The notes under the pieces were generated by a model. It did not search any database. It was given only the letters and a program-made list of their open reading frames with translations, and was not told where the DNA came from. The position numbers were made by a program, and so were the translations under genes. Of a stretch of DNA of 64,000 nucleotides, positions 1-11,530 are shown one piece after another (the stretch's first letter is position 1; every line of letters starts with the position of its first letter). Source of the DNA: Octopus sinensis (lineage: Eukaryota); NCBI RefSeq assembly GCF_006345805.1, contig NC_043001.1, positions 83,018,001-83,082,000 on the forward strand. Reading direction: 5' to 3'.

Positions 1-7
1 TATATAT

Positions 8-85
<78 letters not shown>

Positions 86-136
86 AATATTAGGGAATAA
101 ATCCAATTATTTGCAAAATAGTGGTTTTGTCTCGAA

Positions 137-168
<32 letters not shown>

Positions 169-175
169 CTTAGAC
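1..175. repeat. (TA)n microsatellite with a short embedded non-TA segment (81-152)
   Basis: Direct reading: long TA runs flank TAATAAATATTAGGGAATAAATCC...CTCGAATTAATATT. Confidence 0.9.
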
Positions 176-1908
176 ATCATAACACACTGACACACAAACA
201 TACATCTGTGTTCATGATGTGTGTTCGCATACATTCACCGATGTAGTTCACCGTATTTGTTTGTTGATCGCAATTGTCTATAAAATCTCCAACAATGAAT
301 TTGAAATCTAAATATGAAAATGAATTCCAGATGAAAGTCATCCGTTGCCTAATGCACTCAGCCCACTCCCTCACGTTTTCCCTCATTCACTCCAACACCG
401 ACACTCGCACTCACTCACGCCCTCACTCATTCATCCAGTAAGTCTCTCCCCACCTCCTTCTACTTCTCTTTACCCTCTCTTTCTCTTTCGCAACATGGAA
501 TTATTTACATAAAGTCTTCTCGCTCCAGATTCAGATTCGGCTCCATAACATTCTAAACAATGAAACCTACAGATACAGATCTCGTAGAAACCAAATATGC
601 ACAACAACAACAGCAGCAAGAATAACAACAACAACAACAAGAATAACTACCACTACTATTACTACTACAAACAACAATTACAAGCAACAACAACATCACA
701 ACCACACAACCATCACCCCGGCCAGCAAAATACAAACGTTGTTTTCATCATAATGGAAAGTCTAAAAACATCGTGTGTTGAGATGAAAGAATATTTTAGA
801 GATTTCTGAAAATTTTTCATGAGATAAAATGTAACATCTAAAAGGTTTTTCATGGAACTGTTTAATAGGAGAATGTGTAGAGCATAGCATCCTGATTCAA
901 TATGGTATCTTCACGTACATAAGCATACATTACGTTGTTAGTATTTACCCTCTGTAATTATAGAAATTAAAGTTATTCCTTTCAGTCTGTCTAATGATGA
1001 CGGCCTGAAAATGTTTCAGATTGAATTTGTTATCCATTCCAGAGTTAGTTTTTAACGAGTCAACTATGTTGGGACACTGAACAGTAAATGTAAAACGATT
1101 TTGTAACACTTTGCTTTTAGACTTTATCCAGAGCTGGTATCATACTAAAACTCATCCGTCGCTCAGCCAGAATCATAATTTTTCAAGTTGACTAATAATT
1201 ACTGAATGCAGTGAATGAACTATCGAAGACACTTCTGAGTCGATATAGATCAACCTCTACACTATCCCGTTGATATCGTAACTTTTCTGAGAAAACAAAG
1301 ATTAAAGATCTAGTTCGAAACAAGTAGGAGAATAAGAGAACCTGACAACCTTTCAGATGCAAGATGCTCAATCTTAGTAAGCTTCAGTCTTAAAATTGCT
1401 GATCCGTCCTAGATAGAACCTGGAAAATTGGTGGTTAGTTTTCTCTTTGAAAATTGGAGTTAAGTTTTCTCTTTGAAAGCATTAGAGCGGAGAACTTCAT
1501 TAGTGAAGATTATTTAGTAAACTCAAAGCTGGTTGATTAGGAGTGGTGTAAATGTTTGTAAATGTTACGTAAAAGGACACTACTGGATGAGAGAATTTTT
1601 GAATTAAAGGAGACACTGCACGTGTTGCGACCTCATCGCATGCCTACGCATAATTATCCACTGTATCCCCATTCTTCCACGCACAGATTCTTTGTAGCAG
1701 ATCTGCCAAAAGACTGAATCCGACCCTTCCAGAAGAGATGAAAGAGCAGTCTCATCAGATGCACTCTTGGGTAAGGTAAGAGCATATGTAGGTCTTCACC
1801 GCATCACATCGACATTTTAAGGGTTCTTTCTTTTAGTTGAGGCTAAAAACCCTTAGTAATTTCTTCCTAATTTTAAACGTCTAAAGACATAAGCCAAATC
1901 AAGCTTAC

Positions 1909-2036
1909 CATGGCTGTGTCGTAAGAAGCTTGCTTCCCAGACACATGGTTCTGGGTTCATTCCCACTGCATCTTGGGTCAGTGCCTTCTGCTATAGCCTC
2001 GGTTTGGTAGACGGAAACTGAAAGAAATCGGCGTGT

Positions 2037-2070
<34 letters not shown>

Positions 2071-2171
2071 ATATATATATATATATATAATAAGGATAAA
2101 AACCACGTTAATCTTAATTATCAGGTAGTCAGTATGGAAATAAGCAATTTATATATTAGGTTAATAATTTA

Positions 2172-2209
<38 letters not shown>

Positions 2210-2295
2210 ATATATTATCTATATATATATCTATAATATTCTATCTATCTATCTATCTCTATATATATCTATCTATCTATCTCTCTATATATCTC

Positions 2296-2365
<70 letters not shown>

Positions 2366-2410
2366 ATATATGCTATACTATATAATATATATATATATAT
2401 AAATATTCTA

Positions 2411-2446
<36 letters not shown>

Positions 2447-3040
2447 GAAGAAAGTCGAAACATGACTTATCTCCTGCCTACCGAATTAATGTTTAAAACA
2501 TTACGAAAGTGCCGAGAAAAACTCCATAAATATATGCGACTGAAAGCGGGTTAGTGAGAAGATATTTAAAAAGACTCTACGTTAATTGCGATTAGCTAAT
2601 TTCAAGATTAAAATCTTAAATGGATCTTCTTCTATCACCAGCGCAATATATGTAGAAATATACGAACAAGTGTTAATACATATCATATAGCCCGCTTTCA
2701 ATCGCATGTATTCATGGATTTTTTCTCGATAGCTTCGTAATATTTTAGACATTAAATCAGTATGGAGGAGATAAGCTATGATTTGACTTTGTCCCTTGAT
2801 ATAATTATGTGTGTGTGTGTGTGCGCGTGTGTACGTGTGTTTGTGTTTATCTACCACTACCGGTTGACAACCGGTGTTGGTGGCTTACATCACCATAATT
2901 TAGTGGCTCGGCCAAAGTGTCCGATAGAATCAGTACTAGACTTTAATAATAATAAGTTCTGGGATTCGATTAAAACCCTTCAAGGCGGTGTCCCAGCATG
3001 GCTGCAGTCAAATGACTGAAACAAGTAAGAGAATAAAAGA
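1909..3040 (+). mobile_element. tRNA-derived SINE family B, split by an expanded internal microsatellite and nested insertions
   Basis: 5' half GGCTGTGTCGTAAGAAGCTTGCTTCCC...GGTAGACGGAAACTGAAAGAA at ~1909-2040; 3' half CACTACCGGTTGACAACCGG...CCCAGCATGGCTGCAGTCAAATGACTGAAACAAG at ~2825-3040. The same two modules recur more than 12 times in the window. Confidence 0.75.
2444..2797. repeat. Imperfect foldback element (~110-bp inverted arms)
   Basis: 2444-2553 (AAGGAAGAAAGTCGAAACATGACTTATCTCC...CTGAAAGCGGGTTA) is roughly 80% identical to the reverse complement of 2688-2797. Confidence 0.85.
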
Positions 3041-3304
3041 TCATTCTTTGAAGGAACCCATGATTCAGCAACAGATGCTGATCGGAATCAACAAAATTGT
3101 CCAAGGGTCGAGCTGCAGAACAGCTAACTTTTTTGCTTCAACAATGTTGCTCTTTTCACATTCTATTTCTTCAATACGGTCCTGACTATTTCTATTCTTG
3201 ATTGGTCGGGCGCTATGACAATGACGTCAACCAAATAGGCTCCACTATTCCCCAGTTCAAATGGAGTGCCACTCAACATACCTAATGAAAGAAGCAATAA
3301 TAAA

Positions 3305-4510
3305 TATCGGCCTCAAAATTTAGCACCAGACCAGCAATATCGGGGGAGGGTGCTAGTCGATTACATCGACTCCATTACCCAACTGGTATTTATTTTTATC
3401 GAACCCAAAAGAATGGAAAGCAAAGTTGACCTCGGTAGAATTTGAACTCAGAGCGGTAAGACGGATGAAATGTCGCAGAGCATTTTACTCCCGGCGTGCT
3501 AACGATTGAGCCAGCTCGCTGTTTTTGTAAAGCTGTAAATAATTATTTGTACTCTAGGCACAAGGCCTTGAAGATTTTGGGAGAAGGGGGCTCGTCGAGT
3601 ATATCGACCCCGGGGCGTAACTGGTACTTATTTCATCGACCCCCTAAAGATGAAATGCCAAATCGACCTCGGCGGAATTTGAACTCTGAACGTAGTAGCA
3701 GACAAAATACCTATTTCTTTACTACCACTAGGGACTAAACACAGAGAAGACAAACAAGGACAGACAAACGGATTAAGTCGATTATATCGACCCTAGTGCG
3801 TAACTGGTACTTATTTAATCGACCCCGAAAGGATGAAAGGCAAAGCCGACCTCGGCGGAAATTGAACTCAGAACGTAGCAGCAGACGAAATACCACTAAG
3901 TATTTCGCCCGACGTGCTAACGCTAACGATTCTGCCTACTCACCGCCTTAGTAAAGCTATAAATATTTCTTTCTACTGGAAGCACAAGGCCTCAGATTTT
4001 GGTGGTGGGGAGGAGACTAGTCGATTATATCGACCTCAGTGTTTCACTGGTACTTCATTTATCGATCTCGAAAGGATGAAAGGCAAAGTCATACTCGGCG
4101 GAGTTTGAACTCAGAATGTTACGGCAAACGAAATACCTATTCCTTTATTACCCACAACGGGCTAAACACAGAGAGGACAAACAAGTACAGACAAACGGAT
4201 GAAGTCGATTATATCAACCCCGAAAGGATGAAAGGCAAAGTCGACTTCAGCGAAATTTGAACTTAGAACGTAAGGGCAGGCGAAATACCGCTAAGCTTTA
4301 AAGCTTTAAATAATATCGTGTAAATATTGATTTCAAATTTTGGCACAAAGCCAGCAATTTCGAGCAGGTAGTAAGTCGACCCCAGTACTTTAACAGGTAC
4401 TCATTTTATCGATCCCGAAAGGGTGAAAGACAAAGTTGACCTCGGCCGAATTTGAATTCAGAACACAGAGACGGACGAAACACCACCAAGCATTTTGTCC
4501 GGCGTACTAA
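3305..4510 (-). mobile_element. Head-to-tail cluster of about six SINE family A copies
   Basis: Repeated reverse complement of GAGCTGGCAGAA...GTTCTGAGTTCAAATTCCGCCGAGGTCGACTTTGCCTTTCATCCTTTCGGGGTCGAT...GTACCAGTT (B-box-like GTTCAAATTCC). Copies start near 3305, 3545, 3780, 3975, 4125 and 4330. Confidence 0.85.
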
Positions 4511-5022
4511 AGTGAAGTTTGCAAATTTGCTTCTTATTGGCGTAAATTTTCATCGGCCGAAGTAATTTTGGTTAGGTGAAGCTGATCACACAGTCATTCG
4601 ATCATAATAAAAATTAAGATTGCGTTAGTCTTGTGAATGTGACTTGTAATGACATGGATAAAACTTACGCGTCAAGTTCTCGCTTCTGATCATGTAACAG
4701 TATGCACATGGGAAACTGAAAGTAGCACCCGTGCTGTGTGGTAAGTAGCTTGCTTACCAATTCTGTCCAACACTCGAACGGGTCGGTAAAGCATTAACAA
4801 GGATACATTATGCTATCATTTGTTCTGACCCTCTGTTTCCGTGTTCAAATCCTGCCACAACTAAATTGCCCTCCATCTTTTCTGAATGGGTAGATTACCA
4901 ATCAAGGACGAAAATCGATATACTCTTATCCTTTTCCTCTCTCCCTCTCTCTTTCTCTCACACAAACGCGCACACACTCTCACTCTCTCTCTATTTGTTT
5001 CCTTCGTTCTTTCTTTAACAAT

Positions 5023-5868
5023 GGCTGTGTGGTTGAGAAGGTCGCTTTACAACCTTGTAATTTCGGTTTCAATCTCAAAGCGTGACACGTCGGGCAACTG
5101 TATTGTACTCTAGTCCCTAGCCGGCCAATACCTTGTGAATGAATTTGATACACGGAATTTGGTAGACGAAGTCTTTCGTGTGTGCGCGCGCGCATGCGCG
5201 TGTGTGTGTGCGCGTGTGTGTGTGTGTGTGCCATTATTCAGTTTTTATTTCAACATTTCTTGCCAATAGAGAAAGAGCCGGTTTCTAACCTAGATCCAAG
5301 ACGCCTTCTTTGGAACTTCAACATCAGCCACAGGATATCTTTGTATGTATGTATATGTGCACATTTGTATTTTTTGTTTTATGTATGAATTCTCATGCAT
5401 ATAGCTGCATGTCTGGACATGCTCATATATGCTTAAGTGATAAACTTTTGGAAGTTTCATAGATTTTTACAGTTCCAGCTTTTTTTACAGTTCGAACCAG
5501 CTTTCTCCTTTCTGGTTTTGAGAAGCGTAATTTTTCAAGATTGCTATTTAGGAGTGTTGTTTCATAACCTAGTACCCCAATAATTACATGTATGTATGTA
5601 TATATAAATATGTATGTGTGTGTATTATGTGTGTGTGTATACACATATGTATAGAGAGACTGGGGTTAGTTGTATTTATCCCTTCCCCAAATGTTTGACA
5701 ACTGGTATTGGTTTGTTTAATACTAGTAATTTAGCGGTTTGGCCAAAACAGACCAATGGAATAAATACAAGGCTTTTTAAAAATAAGTACGGAGGTCTAT
5801 TTGTTCAATTAAAACTTTCAAGGCATTGCTCCAGCTTGGCTGCAGTCCAATGACTGAAACAAGTAGAC
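5023..5868 (+). mobile_element. SINE family B, interrupted copy
   Basis: 5' half at ~5023-5180, 3' half at ~5690-5868, with about 350 bp of unrelated sequence plus microsatellite between them. Confidence 0.7.
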
Positions 5869-6189
5869 AGTAAACGATAATACTTTCCATAGAGCAAAAA
5901 CTTTATGTGCTACAAGAAACATCTAAGAATAGACTAATACATGGAACAGCATGGAACATAAATAAAAAGATTGCAGCACAACACCAGACTTACATTAGCC
6001 AGTAGTTAACCAATAATATTTTATCGACCCATATATGTAAAGCTGAATTGAACTCGGGTGGATGTCAAACCAAAAAGTAAAGAAACGAAGCTAAATATGG
6101 CAAGAACATAATCGTCATAATTCTTTCAGTGGTATCAGTCAATGGACTGCAGCCATGCTGTAGCACCAATTATCTTTATTTTTGTGTTT

Positions 6190-6530
6190 TTATTACCAAT
6201 GATATCTTAATTTTTGCTAATGTTTCATGGCCTGTAGATGACCTATAATCGTGTTAGTAGAAGCTGATCCTCATTGAATGCAGTCTTGTATGGTTGGCTA
6301 GTCCGGTAATTTGGTTACGTGTTCATCCAACGATTTCTTGAATGTTTTGATAGAAGCTCTATTTATGTTTCTCATTTCTTTAAGTCGGCAGTCAATCACT
6401 TGAGGACCTCTAAATATCGGATTGTTGCAGTATAGTGATCTTGTTCGGAAGTTAACAGTACCTACCAGTTCTTGCATTGAAGTTTTCTGTAATACCCATG
6501 CTTGGAGTATGATCTTCTAGGATCTTCCAG
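6190..6530 (-). mobile_element. Decayed CR1/L2-group LINE 3' fragment
   Basis: Minus-strand translation FRGPQVIDCRLKEMRNINRASIKTFKKSLDEHVTKLPD*PTI resembles the C-terminal FRGPxLFNxLP...FKxxLD...PDxP tail of CR1-group ORF2. Stops present. Confidence 0.5.
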
Positions 6531-6984
6531 GATCTTCCATAAATAAATACCATTACATAAATCTCAACAGCTGATTTATCTATCTATCGTATATATATTG
6601 AACTTTACAGAAGTTCCTACCGTTAATTGGTTATATTTACACACCGAATTCTACCAGTAAATAATGTGTTTTTTTTAAAAACCATTATAGAAATTATTTA
6701 CTCTTATTATATTATCTATCGTTTCGGGTAGATTGCTTGGACCAAATATATTCTTTCTCTCCAAGCGTTTCCGCCTACCATGACAGTTTTGAGATCTATC
6801 TATAAATCGATACCGTGAGAACGTTAATTAATGCACGTGATGCTGGATCGTCCGAGACGAGATTTCCCGTGGTTTGAGACGAACAAAAGGGACTCACTCA
6901 CGAATTCCCATTGCTTCGATAGCAGGGACCAGTGTATCTTGTCCTCTCTTCTCGAATAATTGAAGTTATGTTGGGGATATTTCC

Positions 6985-7325
6985 ATGTCGTGGCTGTGTG
7001 GTAAGAAGCTTGCTTCCCAACAACATAATTCTGGGTTCAGTCCTACCTCACAGTACCTAGGGCAAGTGTCTTCTCCTATAGCCGCGGGCCAACCCAAACC
7101 TTAGGAGTGAATTTGATAGGCAGAAATTGAAAGTCGCTCGTCGTATGTATATGTGTGTGTGTTTGCCTCTTGCCACCGCTTGACAACCGATGTTGATGTG
7201 TCTACGTCCCCGTAACTTAGTGGTTCGGCAACTGGAGTCGATTAATTCGACTGAAAAAATTCTTCAAATGCAGTCATGCTGCTCCTTTATGACCGCAAAC
7301 TAATGACTAGAACAAGTTACATGCA
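6985..7325 (+). mobile_element. SINE family B, near full length
   Basis: GTGGCTGTGTGGTAAGAAGCTTGCTTCCCAAC...GGGCAAGTGTCTTCTCCTATAG...CGTAACTTAGTGGTTCGGC. Confidence 0.8.
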
Positions 7326-7448
7326 AACGATAAAACCTCTTTTTTTTGTATTGGATACTGTTTCCTTAATTTATTAAAAACAACATGCAGCATACGTGTG
7401 TAAGTACCATTCATCTTGCTTTCTATCATTTATAAACAGAGCCTATGC

Positions 7449-7635
7449 CAGTGCTCCGCAACCGGTGTGCTGCGGCACACTGGTGTTCCACGCGATCTTT
7501 GCTAGGTGTGTTGCAGTGTAACCTGAATATAATTTTTGCCCTATACTTTTTAGTTATATTGTTAGTTCAGGTGTTCCACTGAATTTTGAAAAGAATATAA
7601 ATGTGCCGCAAGTGAAAATAGATTGCGGAGCCTTG
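7449..7635. mobile_element. hAT-type MITE 1
   Basis: TIRs CAGTGCTCCGCAACC and GATTGCGGAGCCTTG; 8-bp flanks GCCTATGC (7441-7448) and GTCTATGC (7636-7643). Confidence 0.7.
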
Positions 7636-7753
7636 GTCTATGCCAGTGGTTCCTAACCTGAAATGCATGGATTCCTGGTGGTCCGCAAAGGTAGTACTGG
7701 GAGTCTGTGAACTAAATTCAAAATTTAATATATATATATATTATAATATATCA

Positions 7754-7870
7754 GTAAATATAATATGTGACAATTATTCGGTAGCCATGATAAAACTCCG
7801 AGTTTCGGATGTCAGGGCGGAACTCGGAGTTTTACCATGGATACCGAATATTGTCACATATTATATTTAC
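7754..7870. repeat. Palindromic element, short version of the 23471-23635 family
   Basis: Arms GTAAATATAATATGTGACAATTATTCGGTAGCCATGATAAAACTCCGAGTT and AACTCGGAGTTTTACCATGGATACCGAATATTGTCACATATTATATTTAC. Confidence 0.9.
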
Positions 7871-8001
7871 AAATAAATTCCTCTATTACATAAAATCGAA
7901 GTCTCTTTCATTCTTTTGTTGCATATGTATATGTATATGTATATATATGTATATTATAATATATTATCTATAATATATATATATATATATATATAATAAT
8001 A

Positions 8002-8182
8002 TTTCAATACGGAGCAAATAATTCACGAGAAAAAGTAGTTTGCGAAGATATCATTGACTCTATTATATCTAGTGTAACAATCTAAAAATGATATCTAAAT
8101 CAATAATCTATAGGCGATTGCAGCCCCAAAAAGCATTAAATAGCTGAAGGATTAGAATTTCTTAGTATGTCCTTGATTAATT
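8002..8182 (+). repeat. TA-embedded dispersed repeat, copy 1
   Basis: Matches the reverse complement of 10777-10967 (TTTCAATACGG.GCAAAT...ATATCATTGACTCT...ATAGGCGATTGCAG...TAGTATGTCCTTGATTAATT). Confidence 0.8.
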
Positions 8183-8191
8183 CAATCCTTC

Positions 8192-8245
<54 letters not shown>

Positions 8246-8294
8246 CATACAATATATATATATATATACACATTATACATTATCTATTATATAT

Positions 8295-8336
<42 letters not shown>

Positions 8337-8444
8337 ATACATACATACATACATACATACATACATACATAAGGATAAGCATATTGAAAGGGGTCCGTGG
8401 GGAAACTTATTTAAATAAAAGGGTTGGGAACACCTGGCCTATAC

Positions 8445-8715
8445 TGATGAATAGTAATGAAAAACTGATTCTAATATGGCATTCAGGGATTCCGTTTTCC
8501 TCTGGTCAGGCAGTGTAGACTTCCAAATTAAACTTCGTTTATCCAGTGCACACCAAAACTTTTGCTGTCTCGATTGACACATCTTTTGCGATGCATAAGA
8601 TATCTCTTCCGAGATAAGTGAAACGTTCGACTTTCTTCAGAGGTGTACGGATCAACGAGTTGATCTGGCCGTTCTAGTTAAAACTACTAATTGTCGTATT
8701 CTTAATATTGTTTTC
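8445..8715 (-). mobile_element. Decayed RTE-like LINE reverse transcriptase fragment
   Basis: Minus-strand translation contains PLKKVERFTYLGRDI...KDVSI, the LxxVxxFxYLG (RT domain 7) region. Stops and frameshifts present. Confidence 0.55.
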
Positions 8716-9354
8716 TCACGCATGCACAAGGATGTAGTGGTGGTGGTGGTGGGGACGTAAGTGCAAGGAAAGATCCATGAAAGCGATTCCAATAATCATT
8801 ATCCACTCAACATGTAACACCTGATGTCAGCTTGAGACGATCTGTTGAGTTAACATTTGTATAGAAATAGATGCACACAAACACACACACACACACACAC
8901 ACACATACACACACACACACACACATAACACACACACACACACACACACAAACATACACGCATGCAAATTCCCACATTCTCACTCATGTACACAAGCACA
9001 CACACAAATACACACACACACACACGCACACATGCAAACTCATACACATCCACACACATTCTCACACATGTAGATAGGTAGGTAGATAGACGGATATAAG
9101 ATAGTTACAAATGACACATACAGACAATATATATGTGGATGCATGTATGTATGTATATACATACATACCTACATATGTATATATACATATGTATATAAAT
9201 ACATATATATATATAGCTATATATATACACATACATGTGTGTGTGTGCGTGTTCGAGGGGTGCGTGTGCGTTTTTATGTATATACACAGAGAGCTAGAAG
9301 AGACACGCACCGACATTGAAACAATTGTATACATGCGTATAAAATAAAAATATA

Positions 9355-9386
<32 letters not shown>

Positions 9387-9440
9387 GTATGTATATTTAT
9401 ATATATATATATATATAGTATATATATATATATATATATA

Positions 9441-9483
<43 letters not shown>

Positions 9484-9870
9484 GGTGAAAGAGAGAGGGA
9501 AAGGCAGGAAATGAGACTTTTAGTCTTCTTTCCTAAAAGAGCAAAACGTGACCTATTGAGTTCCTGCGGTCCTGTTGATTATGTTATGCAATCACGTTAT
9601 GATACGCCGAAATGGTAATTGCCTCTAAACCAATGCGTGCAATTTATCTTTCATCTGTTATCTTTCACTTGTTTCAGTCATTAGCCCTGCAGCCATGCTG
9701 GGGCACTGCCTAGAAGAAATTTAATCGAAACAATCAACCGCAGTGTTTGTTTTCAACTTGGTATTTATTCTATTGGTGCCTCTTGCCAACCCGCTAATTT
9801 ACGGGGACGTAAACACATAACGCCTGGTACCAAACAGTTGTAGGGGGGCAAACATAAGCACAAAACACAC

Positions 9871-9921
<51 letters not shown>

Positions 9922-9963
9922 ACACACACACACACACGCACACACACACACGCACGCACGCAC

Positions 9964-10620
9964 GAATGCTTGTTAAGCAGCCTTACGCTTCGTACAAATT
10001 TATAATTCATACCTATTTAATACTATTGCGCCTGCGATCCACCTATGTCACTGCTGGTGATATCATCAATTTTAAAATTTATCCACAAATGATATCAACA
10101 GTAGTGACATCTGATTTCAAATCTCTGTGTTTGAATGTTTTGCAGATAAAATCTTATGCACCATGTGCTCTGTTTTTAGCGCAAAACAAAACCAGTTGCA
10201 CAGTCAGAGTTTAACGTGACAGTTATGGATTATGACCCGGTAGGCCACACTGACGAGGATCAGGGTTTAAATACCCAAAAGCCGAAACCTGGTTTGTGGG
10301 TATCCCTAATTGCATAATATAATTATATGTGCTATTAAATATTTTAATCCTTTCTGTTTTCCTCGCATACTGTTTTTCTCTGTTATCTTCGTGCGGTACG
10401 GGGGATGAATTTAAGACTTTAGCTCTTATTTCTAGCAGGTGGATGCTTGTTAAGCATCCTTACACTTCGTACAAATTTATAATTCATAGCTATTTACTGC
10501 TATCGCGCCTGCGATCCACCTAAGTCTCTGCTGGTGATATCATCAATTTTAAAATTTATCCACAGATGATATGAACCGTAGTGACATCTGATTTCAAATC
10601 TCAGTGTTTTTGAATGTTTT
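9964..10620 (+). mobile_element. Hammerhead-bearing element with ~177-bp direct repeats, 477-bp period (retrozyme or Penelope-terminus-like)
   Basis: 9964-10140 repeats at 10441-10620 (ATGCTTGTTAAGCA...CGTACAAATTTATAATTCATA...GTAGTGACATCTGATTTCAAATCTC). The hammerhead motif lies in the spacer. Confidence 0.7.
10245..10299 (+). ncRNA. Type I hammerhead ribozyme motif (degenerate)
   Basis: CCACA-CTGACGA-GGATCAGGGTTTAAATACCCAAAAGCC-GAAA-CCTGG-TT-TGTGG: helix I CCACA/TGTGG, helix II GG/CC plus GGGT/ACCC, short helix III, GUU site. Confidence 0.65.
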
Positions 10621-10693
10621 TGTGTGTATGTATATCTGTCTAATGTATGTATGTATGTAATGTATATATATATATATATATCTATAATATATA

Positions 10694-10774
<81 letters not shown>

Positions 10775-10776
10775 TT

Positions 10777-10967
10777 AATTAATCAAGGACATACTTAGTA
10801 TGCCCATTGATTAATTTTATCCTTCAACTATTCATAATTTTTGGGTGCCTGCAATCGCCTATATTATGATTCTTTTATAATCATTTTTAAATTGTTACAT
10901 AGATAATACACAGAGTCAATGATATATTCGCAATTTTTTTCTTGTGATCATTTGCCCCGTATTGAAA
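10777..10967 (-). repeat. TA-embedded dispersed repeat, copy 2 (inverted relative to 8002-8182)
   Basis: Reverse-complement match to copy 1, about 75-80% identical by eye. Confidence 0.8.
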
Positions 10968-11033
10968 CATATATATATATATGTGTTATATATTATGTAT
11001 ATATATAAATATATATATATATGATATATATAT

Positions 11034-11090
<57 letters not shown>

Positions 11091-11471
11091 CATATATATA
11101 TATATCCATATATACACACACATATACACACACACACACACACCACACATATATATATGTATATATATTATACGACAGGCTTGTTTCATTTCCGTCTCCC
11201 GAATCCACTCATCGAGGCTTCGTTCGATCCAATGCTCTAACAGAAGGCACTTAAATGCCCAGGGTGCCATGCAGCGGGATTGGTCCCGTATCCATATGTT
11301 GAGAAGCAAACCTCTTACCACAGAGCCACCCAGCATTTATGTATGTATGTATGTAATGTATGTATGTATGCATATATATCTATATATATATATATATATA
11401 ATATATATATATATAATATATATCTACATATATATATGTGTGTGTGTAGACATAGATAGATAGGCAGGCAA

Positions 11472-11530
<59 letters not shown>

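Larger units (their letters stand above)
7644..8436. mobile_element. hAT-type MITE 2 carrying nested insertions
   Basis: TIRs CAGTGGTTCCTAACCT and GGGTTGGGAACACCTG; 8-bp flanks GTCTATGC and GCCTATAC (8437-8444). The interior holds a hairpin element, a second repeat and TA tracts. Confidence 0.65.
9655..11335 (-). mobile_element. SINE family B split by nested elements
   Basis: 3' half at ~9655-9870 and 5' half at ~11175-11335, both on the minus strand. They enclose the hammerhead-bearing repeat, a TA-embedded repeat and microsatellites. Treating the halves as one insertion is an inference. Confidence 0.55.

Noticed and set aside
1715-1770. Minus-strand CTGATGA-GAC...GTC motif suggesting a hammerhead
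   Set aside because: It is followed by GGAT rather than GAAA, and helix I cannot form.
850-1900. Complex non-repetitive block, possibly a decayed transposon or exon
   Set aside because: No translatable motif or splice pattern that I could support by eye; it needs a BLASTx search.
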